The notes under the pieces were generated by a model. The model was not told the DNA's origin and ran no database searches. It saw nothing but the letters and a program-made list of their open reading frames with translations. From Dicyema japonicum (Eukaryota > Animalia > Dicyemida), in NCBI GenBank assembly GCA_011109175.1, contig RDEW01000019.1:681482-745481 (forward strand): a stretch of DNA of 64,000 nt, written 5' to 3'. Both the position numbers and the translations under genes were made by a program. This document shows positions 12,950-25,149 of this stretch, piece by piece; within the stretch, counting starts at the first letter, position 1; every line of letters begins with the position of its first letter.

Positions 12950-13460
12950 CTGACTGCGTGGATACTCCCTCTCAGGATTGCGAACTGTATTCGCTGCCAG
13001 CAGCAGCGCTCGCGAAATCCGATTTCCTAGTTGATCCAGGAAAGCAAATGTATTTCAGCAAATAATATAAGCAAGTATATTTTAAAGAAAAAAGACTTTG
13101 GCCTTTTCTGGGAATGTAATTATGTGGTTTTTGAAATTTCATATTTAATTACACTAATTGCGACTTTCTGGATTATTTAAGCGTAGAACGCGTCAGCTAA
13201 CAAATGCAACTTCTACTTCTCGTGCTGATTATGTTTTCACCAATAAGTTAATATTTATTTTTTCAAATATTAGTCAAAAATGAAGAAAATTGCGTTGACA
13301 TGGAATCACTTGATGACCCTTACTGCTACCTTACGGACGTTTATGTTGAAGAATGCGGGAGGAACGTAAAGAAATTAGCCTGCGAATAACATCAATTTCT
13401 TCTCTCTCACTAATACTTTCGATTATTAAAATCTTTAATTTATTTATTTTTTTTAAAAAT
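12950..13460. repeat. About 500-bp dispersed duplication, copy 1 (copy 2 at about 60095-60620)
   Basis: Near-identical sequence from gccctgactgcgtggat to ctctctcactaat at both loci. Confidence 0.92.
13204..13389 (+). CDS. Predicted 52-aa cysteine-rich peptide with hydrophobic N-terminus, one 27-nt intron
   Basis: ATG preceded by an in-frame TAA; intron 13247-13273 (gttaat..tag). Product MQLLLLVLIMFSPIIKNEENCVDMESLDDPYCYLTDVYVEECGRNVKKLACE. Four substitutions against the 60 kb copy (ctc/ctt, gtg/gtt, ggg/gga, gta/gtt) are synonymous in this frame. Confidence 0.55.
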
Positions 13461-14269
13461 CGCAATCAAAAAAGAAACTACTCATACAATTAGATAAGTC
13501 TCAGGAATTATCATTGACCTGTCCGCCATACTGTCTGTTAATGAATTTTTAATTTTCTAAGATTTCATACAAAAACATAATTATGCGACTTTATCTTACT
13601 TAATTACATTTGATATTCGATTGATGGTAACCCTAACCCAGACCCTGTTAACATGTAGGATGCTGACGACAATTAAGAAAGTATCGCTTATTCAGGTTTC
13701 CACATAATGATTTTTTGACTTTTTTGCTAAAATGAATTTTTTTAAACAAAATAAAATAAAGAAACAGTAATACAGCGACCCCTGACTGACTATTAAAAAT
13801 GACTGACAAACTGATTTAATAGATAATCTATTTCTTTTAAAAGCGCTTAGTTATTTGAAAGTAATTTTCCTGATTTATCTTCATTTCTTTCACACTGACA
13901 GGCAATTTAACTATTTTCTGTTAGAATTTCGATTTTTTCATACAATTTTAGATTACTTTTCTTCGAGAATTTATTAGTCGCTGATATCGACGGGGGTTAT
14001 GTAGTTGGAAATTCATACTTGTAATAACAAATGATGTATTAATGTCGATTTAGCTAGAGACAATTAGAAAAAGTTTTGACTGTGCAAATACCGAGTAACT
14101 AATTTACCAATCAATTAATTTATTAAGAATGAAATCAGAATTAAGTCAATAATACACCAATCATAAAAAATAACGTATATCCCTTTTAGATTGGAGGAAA
14201 TTTTGGTTATTTTTAGTTCAATCGTAGAATTCCATGGTAAAGTAATTTTAAACTTTTTCTGCTTTATCG

Positions 14270-14460
14270 TCTTTAAAAATATCTCTTTTGAGGCGTCTGA
14301 CTTGCTTGGGCCCAGCACAGCAAAGTGTATCAGACTGATCGGGCGGCTTCCAGGACTGAGGAAGGGAAAGACTAGAATGGCTCTTCTAGAACATTGGGCT
14401 CGCGATCATAAAGGAAACTCCCACTGCGTGCTCAATTCCTGCAGGTCATGATGGAGTCCT
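14270..14460 (+). mobile_element. CRE-clade non-LTR retrotransposon 3' fragment (RLE endonuclease end)
   Basis: FEASDLLGPSTAKCIRLIGR...IGLAII-KGNSHCVLNS. Confidence 0.6.
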
Positions 14461-15999
14461 GATTAGATATTTAAATAGAAAAAAATTAATTCCAACTACA
14501 AAAAATATCGTTAAAAGTTTGATTAGGCACACAAGTTGAATTACCAATTATCTAATTTATCAGAAAAATGAATGGGTTATCCATCTGGGAAGCTGAAGAC
14601 TTCAATCAGTCTCACTGACGAGAACTCCTGAAATAAATTTTTATAAAATCACGAACTTTGCAACTTTTTGGAAAACAAAAGCCTTTGATTTTCTTTGCTC
14701 CTGAGAATGGCTATTTTCTGCAATTACAAATGTCCCCGACAGCAGGAGCTTGATAATTTTCCATTTTCTAATTGAAAAATAATGATATAAATTTTCGCCT
14801 CCATATTCTTTTTTATTTTAAGACATTTATTGCTTCGGTCATTTTCAGCTAATTCCAATGAAGAAAGCTTAATGTTTTTTAATTCATAAGAATTGTTTTT
14901 TAAGCGTCAATCTGGTATTTTGTTATACAGAGAGACGCACAACTTTTCTGTCAGACAGACACACAAAAACTTAGTATTTGATTATATTGACAGAAACCAA
15001 CATTTGAAACTTAATTCAATTAACAAATTTTGACTTAATGACAAAAATCGACTACTAAATATTATCTGTCTTTTCACAAGAGACATAATACTTATAACTC
15101 CACATAGGCAGGGCGCACACTTTATTGGCGTAAAACAGTTATGCTAACTAATGATCGAAGGGGAACCTTGGAATGCACATGATACCGTCGCGGACATCGC
15201 TTCATTCTTAGATGTAAAGATTTAATAATGGTAATCTTGAAATTGGTCAGGCGGAAGTTAGGATGATCACTTTCAGTAGCTGTGTCGTGACAGAAGGACT
15301 CATCGCCTTTCTGGTGGGATCCGGTTGACGAGAATTAACCTTCGCAGAAAAGTCCATCGTTCGAATTATTTATTTTTTTAAAACAAGAATCACCGTCAAA
15401 TTAAAAGGAACACGTGGCTGTCAAGTTATCCCTGCCTCTAAGCAGCCGTCTCATCTTTGCTCGGTGCTTGTTCCGAGAACCTAGGCACTGTTTGTATTCA
15501 CGAGCCATTTTTGAAGAATTTCGAAGGTGCCAATAAGGATTAGACGACAGTCAATCCGATGTAATCAGACGTTGGATTCACTCAATAATGACATTAAAAA
15601 CATTATATTGCTCAATGCACTCGGCGTTACCTATAAGAATATGAATACTTATGATTCCGCTTGTACGTGATCTTCACTATCCGTCCTATCATTTCTCAAT
15701 GTAACTTTCTGCCTCCCACGTCTCCGCAGTTCATCGAAAACTGTATCGTTCCAAATCCATGCATAAGGACTCCTGTTTAGCGAGTCCTCTGACGTTGAAA
15801 GGTGTACTTGTAAGCTGGGTAGAATGTATAGACTGGGAGTACGATAAAGACATAGACATTAAAACCATCAAGCACTCAAGCACTCAATCAACACAATCAA
15901 CACATACCCATAGAACTGAATCAGGAAATGCTTATTTATTTTTTATGCAAAAATTCAAATAAAAACTTAATTAATTAGATAATTAATTTTTAATTAATT

Positions 16000-16430
16000 T
16001 TTTTATATCAACGAACACGTGCTTGCTTTCTTTGTTGGTACTTCGTTATTATTAGATTTTTCAGATCCTTGAAATCATTAGCAAATCCCGAACCTCGATT
16101 GAATCTTGACTTAAATGACTAGCAATGTCTTTAGGCATTTCTTTGATTTGAGGAATGAATTGTTGAGTTTTTATTGGAATGTTTATCTCCAAAAACATTT
16201 TCGCCTTTGATAGGGCACTTTAAATATTCATATGATTTAATGGATCTTAAGGAATCTTCAGAACCTTCGATCGAATTATTCAAAATATTCGACTTGAAAC
16301 TACTTTTTGTTTTCTACATTCAAAATTTTATAGTCACTTTTTGCTGTTGTCCCAAATATTTGCTGGCATTTTGACAACTATCGGTAGTTTCTATACTCCT
16401 CTACTCGTTTTTCAGTTTTCATGAGTACCA
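16000..16430 (-). pseudogene. Broken reading frame carrying one diverged copy of the 37-aa repeat motif
   Basis: SEDSLRSIKSYEYLKCPIKGENVF versus repeat unit SSDSVQSYEYLKGPMSTGNVF. Several frameshifts. Confidence 0.45.
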
Positions 16431-16639
16431 ACGACTTAAATACTTAATATTATCTTATATCGATATTTGATAACATCACTGATGATAAATACTCACTATG
16501 TAATATTTTTTACTTTGGACACTAATTTTAGAGATATTTTAGAGTTAAATGACATTACCCTATTGGTAGGTGTGTTTAGTGTTAAGGCTGTTTGCTCGAA
16601 ACCACGCATCGAACTTTTATGGCCTTTATAGATTAACGA

Positions 16640-16800
16640 GACCCATAATACTTGTAGTCCTGTACGTGCAACAAAAGACACAATTTTAGATGTCAATCTT
16701 TTCCACGCTCCCTGATTATTAGGTAGAGATCTTGATACTTCTAGGTCATCTGAGGATTTAATTTCCTTTTCAGTTTTTTAAGGTCATTTTCCTAGGAAGA
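16640..16800 (-). mobile_element. RTE-like LINE 3' end (diverged)
   Basis: KSSDDLEVSRSLPNNQGAWKRLTSKIVSFVAR followed by a diverged 3' UTR. Confidence 0.65.
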
Positions 16801-17044
16801 CTTACAGAGTTTTAGATTGCAGATTTCCTTTTGGTTTATAATATTTTTATGGATTTTTTAGGTTTTTTGATTATAATTTTGTGTGGCAACAAAATTTTAA
16901 TGAGTAATTAATAAGGCGATTTTTTATTAACCGTAAAAGTTCCAGTTTTGATCCAAAAATAAACATTAATTTAAGATTTTAAAATTTCTACAGTTTTAGG
17001 CTCAAGCCAAATTTATCTGTCAAATACAAAAAAATATTAAAATC

Positions 17045-17465
17045 TACGGGCCCTCAGAGCCGGGGGGTTTCCAACTCAACTGGAACCCTTAGGCTGGAGA
17101 TAGTCGGTGGGAAGAGGCAAGATGGGATGTCGTTCTTTCCATATTTTCACTATAAATCACTCGTTTGAAACATCACATGTGTGGAAACTTTTTCTGGGGC
17201 CAGATGGCGACACACTCACTTGGAGACGAAGACAAGGTGGAGTTTTAAAAAATCGAAATTACTAATCATTCAGTGAAAGCTACTATTTTATTCCTATTGC
17301 CATTGAGACTTCCGATCATGGTGGAGATGAAGGGCGCCTTTCTTTCCAGTATTGGACAAAGACTTGCTTCGAAGAAATTCGAACCCAGTCAAGGACTTTG
17401 GTTGAGACAGAAGCTCAAAATGGCGGTGATAAGAGGGAACGCCTTCGCAATCTTAGCCTCCTAAT
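17045..17465 (+). mobile_element. CRE-clade retrotransposon 3' fragment
   Basis: RALRAGGFPTQLEP..GKRQDGMSFFP..TCVETF ... WLRQKLKMAVIRGNAFAILAS*. Confidence 0.75.
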
Positions 17466-18212
17466 TAAAAGACTTTCAAGTTTATTGAAAAAAGTTAAAA
17501 TAATTCGAACTATTACTCCACACAACAAATTGATGCTGCGTTACCTCCTACGATACCAACACAGATGAATCGGGTTTCACGAATATAGCTTTGAGTGTAG
17601 CCAAACGCATGTCTCTTGAGAAAAAAAGTGACTTCTTGTTTATACTTTCAATTGTCTCAAAAAACGTGAATTGTTATAAGATTCCTTCGTACTTTTTCCT
17701 TTTAGAATTCAGCCTTTTTCTGCGTCGTATAATATGTTTACCGCACTTTTGACGATGTGTGTAAGAGAACGTGAGTCAATGCAGGATGTTAATTAAAATA
17801 GAAAATGATAAAAGTTCGCTGCTGTTCAATCGATTGAAGGTTCCACTCATCTACGATGCTTCGAAACTAAGAAAAACAAGGTTAGATAAAATGGTGGATA
17901 TAGTGAATATATAAAAATGAATGAAATGAAAAAAATGCCAAAGACACAGTGAAACCAAACTAACTAATCACGTGATTCCAGCTACTTTAAAATAATTTGA
18001 CCCAATGCTCCTCCTTCAAGTCTACAAAAGGATACTATATATCTGGATACTTGTAGTCGCAACGGCACATTCATTGATTCTTATGTATTGAAGATTCTTG
18101 AGACGCTGAAGACTGGAACTTTCCAGTAAGAGTAGAAATCAAGAATAAAAAGAAAAATCAAGAAGAATTTGTTATATTAAGGATATATTAAAAAGTGATT
18201 AAAAAAGTAGAA

Positions 18213-18310
18213 TTATTATTATTAGCACTTTCACGAGAGCCATAATATTTATAGTCCTCATGTGCAGCAAAAAATATAAGAGAAAGAGTTAGCTTGCTCC
18301 AAGCTCTTCT
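18213..18310 (-). mobile_element. Very short RTE 3' tail copy
   Basis: GCTGCACATG..CTATAA..TTATGGCTCTCGTGAAAGTGC(TAA)n, shared with 19357-19405, 33606, 40682 and 56421. Confidence 0.8.
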
Positions 18311-18479
18311 GTAGAAAGGGTACTTATTAGAAAGGGCACCGCCACTTTCCTGCAGTAAAATCAATATATGGTATTTTTTAGTTAAAAAATAAATATTTAA
18401 TTAATAATTTCTTACGATTAATTTTTATTTTTTATTTATTACTTTTTGAATTTTTTATCTACAAATATTCCATTTGAAA

Positions 18480-19405
18480 CAAATACGGGCACTCCACAAG
18501 GAGACTCTCTTTCTCCTCTACTATTCACAATTTATTTGGAAGCCGCTATGAGGAACTTAGACCGTCATACCAAGGAAAGACGGAAGAAGTAATCTACGCG
18601 GACGATGTAGACCTAATTTCTGAAGACAAAGAGGTCCTGGAAAACCTATTAGAAAAAGCACCAGATGTACTAGGGAAATGGTTTCTTACTGTGAACAGAG
18701 AAAAAACAGAACTCACAGAGATAAGAAGGATGAGTAACGTCCTAGAAGAGAAGTGGCGACAAGTAAAGAAACTCGGTTCACTTATGGGAGATAGCGAAGA
18801 TATTTTACGTAGGAAAACTCTAGCCAATGCTGCGTTATATAAACTGAAGAATTTATGGCTCAATCAAAAAGGCATCGACACAAAATGAGAATCCTACTAT
18901 ACGACTCATTCATAAAACCCGTACTTTTATATAACGCTGGAACTTGGGCGACCTCATCAGCGGATATGAAAAAACTAGACTCGTTCCACAGAGGTCAACT
19001 GAGAAAAATAACAAACTACTTGGCCTACGAGAATATCTAGGAATGCTTATATATAAGAGTGCAGCACTAGACCTATCAGCTTAGAAGTACTGGAATCCCG
19101 ATGGAGGCTCTTCGGACACGTGCTGAGGATGGAATTAACTTCCCCACCGAACATATCTATGGAAACATACTATGTTAGTGAAGAAGGCCGCTATCGGGGA
19201 AGACCAAGAACAACACTGCCAATAGTCTTACAAAAAGACCTGGTCAGTATAAAAAAAAAAACCTAACAAATGCCGACGACCTGGACAGCATGAGAGCCTT
19301 GGCTAGGAACAGGGGAGCATGGAAAAGGATGACATCTAACCTTGTTTCTTTTGCTGCACATGCGGGGCTATAATTAGTATGGCTCTTGTGAAGTGCTTAA
19401 ATAAA
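18480..19405 (+). mobile_element. 5'-truncated RTE-like LINE (RT C-terminal half to 3' tail)
   Basis: QGDSLSPLLFTIYLE, IYADDVDL, KKLGSL, LLYNAGTW, DSFHRGQLR, RLFGHVLR, RGRPRTTLP, then the 3' tail. Several frameshifts. Confidence 0.88.
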
Positions 19406-19411
19406 AAAATA

Positions 19412-19474
19412 ATTCCACGTTGTGTTTTATCTACAAATATTCCACGTTGTGTTTTATCTACAAACATTCCACGC
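19412..19474. repeat. 27-bp minisatellite, about 2.3 units
   Basis: attccacgttgtgttttatctacaaa(t/c) repeated directly after the RTE tail. Confidence 0.85.
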
Positions 19475-19599
19475 TTTTCATGTAGAAACAACTTAATCTT
19501 TTTAATCTACCTCAAAATAATGAAGAATCTAATAATTTTTGCAAGAAATGGGATTTCTCTCGATAAAAGATGCTGTAAAGCGGTATTATCTGTTTAATT

Positions 19600-20090
19600 A
19601 ACGATAGGCGGTGAAGGAATGATCGTAGAAATAGACGAAAGTATATTTTCTGAACAAAAAAATAATTGTCGACGATTATTCACCCAGAAATGGACTTTTG
19701 ATGGAATTTGCAGGGAAACTAAAGAATGTTTCCTCATTGAAATTCAAAATCGCACTATGAAAACACTTCAAAGGAGATAATGGACAGTTGGATCGACACT
19801 TATATCAGACTATTGGCGATGATATTCGACCACCAATGTGACAGCTGTCTCAACACAGGTTTTGTACATATGACGGTCACTCATCGTTCTAGCTTTATCG
19901 ACGAGAATACTGGTAACCATATACAGCATATAGAAAGGTTCTAATCTCAGTGAATTATTGCAGAATATGGGGTAGTGCTAATTGGCGGAACGAAAGTGGG
20001 AACAGCATGACTTCATATAAACGGCTATTTCGACCATAACATTACCAATCTTAATCCCTAGCCACGAATTTGACGCAATATTAGTTGGAA
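19600..20090 (+). mobile_element. Merlin/IS1595 (ISXO2-like) DDE transposase remnant
   Basis: GGEGMIVEIDESIF..QKWTFDGICRETKECFL..NRTMKTL..VGSTLISDYWR..HMTVTHR..FIDENTG..IQHIERF. Confidence 0.85.
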
Positions 20091-20259
20091 TACGGACCCC
20101 TCCTACAAGAAACGAAACTAAAAAAATACCGTGATCTTTGATATTATTATTTCCGTATATTGATTATGCTGCAAGAAAGTGGTGGTCGTCATCTAGACAG
20201 GATTTGTAGAATAAATAAACATTAGAATGATAGGATGGATGGTGACGTGACGTGCCTCT

Positions 20260-21120
20260 CTTGCTATGTCTCAAACATGTTTTATTCGATCGCCTTTTAC
20301 TGTCGCTTCATTTAATGTTAGAGGACTACAAGCAATCTCGAAACGGAACACCCTGTGCGAGTACCTAGATGTATTCTGTCCGTTACGGTGTGTTGATGTA
20401 TTCCGTCTTCAAAAGACAAAAGTTGCAGGAGTAACGATGAAGTTTATGGAAAATACTACTACCATCTGAATACTGACACTATGGACTGGGATTTGCCGTC
20501 TGAGTTTCGTTGAGAAAATGAGGGTTCAAAGTGAGGAGCGTTAGTCTTCTACATCCTTTTCGCTGTCGTGTTCTTTTCCTGATTTCGTCCAGATCGTTCA
20601 CATCTATCAGTCGGCCCCTGATCACTGCGATCGTATTGTGATTCTTCAAATAAATGTCTGACTAATATTTTTATTTACAGAGGTCTCCACCAGTCCTCAT
20701 GTACAACGCAAGTACTTGGGAAACATCAAAGAAAGACATGGCACAAATCGACTCGTTTCACAGAGGCCAACTAAGAAATCTCCTTGGATACTTGGCCAAA
20801 GAAAATCTCATACAATAAATTATACAGACTGATCGTGGACCAATAAACCTGAACGTATTTTAAGCCTGCTGGCGCCTTTTCGACATATTCTACGGATGGG
20901 GTGAACATACACCATGCAATGCCGTCATGGGAGAATTTTTCGGCCATACTGTATCTCCTGCATTCAGAGGACGTTTAAGAAGTTGTCTTCCAAAGACACT
21001 TGTGGAGGATTACGCAGTGATCAGGGGCCGACTAATCGACTAATGGAAACGAGCACGACAGCGAAAAGGATGGAGAAGTCTAACGGAAAGGATAATCGAA
21101 AAACATGCCACAAGCGAATC
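20260..21120 (+). mobile_element. Internally deleted RTE-like LINE (endonuclease start plus C-terminus)
   Basis: FTVASFNVRGL (AP endonuclease N-terminus), then LMYNASTW..DSFHRGQLR..RLFRHILR. Confidence 0.65.
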
Positions 21121-21419
21121 CATAAACAGTGTTTACTGGTAACACGAATGTGCTTTGACTAACTAACTGATAGGATAGAAATGGCTAGATTAAAGGATAA
21201 ATAGAAGTAGAAAATTATTATTATCGACAAGCATAGAATCAGATATTTTAAGTCATATAAATGATTCTAAGGACTATCCTGTTCACTAATTGCTTCCTCT
21301 TTTTCTTCCCCCTTTTCCGTTTAAGGCCAGTTTTTTCAAATTACCAAGGTTTTAGCTACACATGCTCCATATCAAAGGACTAGCTGAACTAGTGTGGTTT
21401 ACATCCCCAGATGAGGATA

Positions 21420-21960
21420 GTTAGGTTCTAGGTCGTAAGACTAAAAAGCTGTTTTTGGTGAGATTTATCCATGCTACCAGTACCAAGTATTCGGCCAAAA
21501 TCAGGACTGTTAAGTTCGTCAAGCCATAGAGTAAGAGACAGCGGAGATCTACGAGAAAGTCCTCTATACAAAATGCGGTGGTCTCTTCACTTTGTACTGG
21601 AAAGACTTTAAATGCATGGATCCACTCAGATTTAATGAACATTTTGAGAGATTATCTGTTCAAGAAATCATTGCGATACCACTTGGAACAACAAATGGAA
21701 ACTTTCTTAATGAACATCTATGTACCCCCACCTGACTTGTCTATTTTGCTTACCTCAAATGTCGTGATCATTGGCCGATATATACATGCTAAACATCATC
21801 TATGGCTATAAGCAAACCCTCCAACAAAGGAGGAAAGTTATTGTTATCACAAACCGGAACCCTAGTTGTTTCCAATGCCCGTCGAATAACTCCATACATA
21901 GAATCTGAATAGCCAATCTCGCCGAACATTACACTTGTTTGCTTCTCTTCTCTCTATCTG
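21420..21960 (-). mobile_element. Degenerate reverse transcriptase fragment
   Basis: GVIRRALETTRVP..GVH..L..FPFVV resembles RT motifs 3-4. Heavily decayed. Confidence 0.3.
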
Positions 21961-22369
21961 CAATAATTGACAGAATATGCTTAATAATAAATTCTACAAA
22001 GGCAAGTACAACTCTCAGCAATCGAATGAGGATTAATAATGTAAATTAAAATAAAGAAAAACAGTATTGGCGATAATTTCCGTTGTTATGTCTTAGACCT
22101 ATAAAATTCAATATCTTTTCCTTGTGAATGAGGTTTCGTTTTGCGCATTCTAATAACCGAGATGGCTGCATCGCTTAGTAAGAAAAATCCATCCCACATT
22201 GCAAACATAAAAGTTTAAGTGGATCTTTTGGATTTTAAATAAAACCATAAGAAAAATAGTTCTCTTTATATTCTCGTTATTAACAGGGCCCATCACAAAG
22301 TTACACGTTTTGTTATTTAAATTATTATACACATTCGCAATAAAAAGTTGTACCACCCCATATGATCCT

Positions 22370-22730
22370 GTCTGTTAGGCTTCTCCACAATATTCTTGAA
22401 GTTGCGATTTTCGGAGGCTGTCTAGATCGTCTGCGTCTTCTATTGCCATTTTAGCATGTTTTAGATCGATATTCACCATTGACGGCAGAGTTGTTCGTGA
22501 CGTCTTTCTAAAAGCCCCTGAGCAGAGGAAGTATGATTCCATAATATCTTAAGCAGGATTCACCCATAATATGTGCCAAATAATCCCCATGAGGTCTTGG
22601 TAATAATTTGTATCCACGTGCTTCGATTTACAAAATGTGTATAGGTCTAAGTTTTGATAGGTACGATTTATCCAAGATGTGTTTTAGACATAAGTAAAAT
22701 TGAGGGAATCACCACTTCAGCCAATATTCT
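22370..22730 (-). mobile_element. RTE-like LINE 3' fragment
   Basis: GLFGTYYG..NPA..FRKRRHEQLCRQ..EDADDLDSLRKSQ pattern. Confidence 0.55.
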
Positions 22731-23720
22731 TTGTTATTTAAATTATTTAAAATAAATTTATTTGTAAATATATCATAATTAAAAAATCCTTATGAAAAAA
22801 AATCTGCTGACTAATAAAACCTCCATTTGAGAAAAACTGGCCCATATCAACCGCACTATCTTGGAGGCAAAATTGATTTTCGTATAGAAACAATACTCTA
22901 ACTTAGCAAGTAGTCAGAAATATATATCAAAATAAAGCTAAAAAAACTTAAAGCCTAGAAAATAAATTGGATTTGCTAATCTCTCCTCGAACAAGAATCG
23001 AACAATACGGAAATTGGAAGACTATTCGCAATGTCTCAAAAAACCGGACCTTGTTGTCGCCCAAAGTTTTTTTCAGAAAACATTTCATTGGAAGAAATTA
23101 TTAATAATAAAAAATAAAACTTATTATATAGTTTTTTTGAAAATATCAATTATAAAAAATATGTTCTAGTGGAATTGACACCAGAAGCAATTGAAAAATT
23201 AAGATTTTCAGTGAGTCGGGACAGCTCGACGAATTCATTGACTGGAGAGAAAGGGCAAGAATCAAACGATGTGCTAAAGTTTCATTTTCAAGGAATCGGC
23301 GCCCTACATTACTAAAAATGATCGAGAGTTGTGATTCTTTTGTATTGAAGAAGCTGAATTATAAATAAATACATTGAAGTTGTATATTTGTTAATTTAAA
23401 TTAGGCTCAACATAATCTAAATCACTTTGCACGTGATAAATTATATAGTTTATTGTCACTTACCATTCATGGTGCAAGACCTAGGAAGTGGTTACTGTGG
23501 TATCTAAATGTGTTTATTGTCAGGTAAATTATTAATTCTAACAATTTTAGTCTAAACGAATGCTTGCGACTAAACCAGTAATTACGCCTAGACCGATTTA
23601 TTTATTAACCTCGGGATCACCGAGAAAGAAAGACAAAGAAAGGCAACTAGTTAGGTGATCTTAGTTCGCGCAACCAAACGTGCCATCCTAAGCCTGTGCG
23701 TCTCCATTGTTCACCTAGAG

Positions 23721-24006
23721 CAGTGGTTCTCAACCTTTTTTGGTCGCGGATCCCTTGTGAGTGAATTAAAAACTTCGCGGACCCCCAACATAGTTTTGTA
23801 AGTTTTTTGTCAAAAAATTATTACTTTTCTGAAAATACAATTTGTTATTAAAAAAATAAAATTAATGAGAAAGTTGATGTTGTTTTTTGAGGCAATTTTT
23901 TCAATTTGAGGCTCGGTTGTCGACAAACATGCTCTGATAAATAAAGGTTCAGAAGTATCTCGTGGACCCCCTGGAATCTTACGCGGACCCAGGTTGAGAA
24001 CCACTG
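23721..24006. mobile_element. 286-bp hAT (Charlie-type) MITE
   Basis: TIRs CAGTGGTTCTCAACC / GGTTGAGAACCACTG; perfect 8-bp TSD ACCTAGAG (23713-23720 and 24007-24014). Confidence 0.95.
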
Positions 24007-24504
24007 ACCTAGAGATATGGCTAACGTGGTGTCTTGTGGCTCACCCGAGAAGGTGTCACACATTCCGGAAAGGAACGAAAGAGCCAACAACTTCTCCCCA
24101 CTTCTTGGGGGTTCCCGTAAGCCTAGACCGATACATTGTAGATATTGTCGATTTAAGACGATATCCCACACAAAATGAAAATTATTTTTGGGTAATTATT
24201 TTGCAGTATAATTAACAGATTCTTAGTTTAATTGATCCTTTTTTGAAATTTGGTGTGGTAGAAAGTGCCGTTACCAAATCTGCAAATGGGATTTCCCGAA
24301 TCCTGAGTGGAATTTTTTGAATAATTGGAACCGTAGAAGATGGAAATACGATGAAATTGAAGACGGTGTGAAATTTTAATATTCCGCGACGGGGACGCAA
24401 AAGTAGCTCATAGAAAATACCCTTTATACGACCAAATTTCAACGAAAAAATATACAGTATAAGCCAATTACTAAATTAAAAAAATTTTTTTATAAAATAA
24501 TTTT

Positions 24505-24600
24505 TTTAAACAATTAAACAAATGTCAGTTGAGGAAGCCTGCTGCGTGGATTGCGAACGAGTTCCTTCGGAGTATGGCTATTCCAATCTTTCGTCTTAGC
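24505..24600 (-). mobile_element. CRE-clade retrotransposon extreme 3' end
   Basis: LRRKIGIAILRRNSFAIHAAGFLN* plus A-rich tail; same subfamily as 50016-50122. Confidence 0.7.
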
Positions 24601-25149
24601 ATTTTAATAAATTTAGTTTGGTCAACAATTTTCCGTGAATTTTTAAATAAAATGAAAAAACGCTACATTCAATCAATGATTTTGATGGGATGTTGGTTCG
24701 GAGGAAACCACGATCTCCAAAATAATAAAGAAAAAATTAATAATTTCAGATATTAAATGAAGAGATCAAGAAAAAAATTTCATAAATGTAATTTTTATTA
24801 ACAATTATTAATTTTTTAAACCTCGCAGCTCTGGCGTCTCTCAGATCTGGACTGTGACATTTTTTTAAACAAATTTAACAAAATTTCTGTTCTCTAGATA
24901 CTAAATTATTACAACAGCTTTCGCAAACGTGGCTATGTATGATTAATTTGTTCCGGATGCTCCAGGTTTTCGTGGTCGACCGAAAACGATTCGACCGAAC
25001 GGACTTGATGAACATCTTAAGGAAATCAGGAGACGCCTCGAGGACGGGGAAGACTTCGACAGGATGCAGGATATTTCAGAGTCGTCAGTGATAAAAGAAG
25101 TTAACTAGTAGTTTGATTTCACGTCCTGATATAATGTAAGTTTGTATTA

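Noticed and set aside
18020-18130. FHA-domain fragment (IYLDTCSRNGTFID)
   Set aside because: Only one short motif in a 40-codon frame bounded by stops; the upstream GR and SRxH motifs were not found.
22990-23330. Myb/SANT-like gene (EQYGNWKTI; LTPEAIEKLRFSV)
   Set aside because: Weak resemblance with no consistent tryptophan spacing or exon chain.
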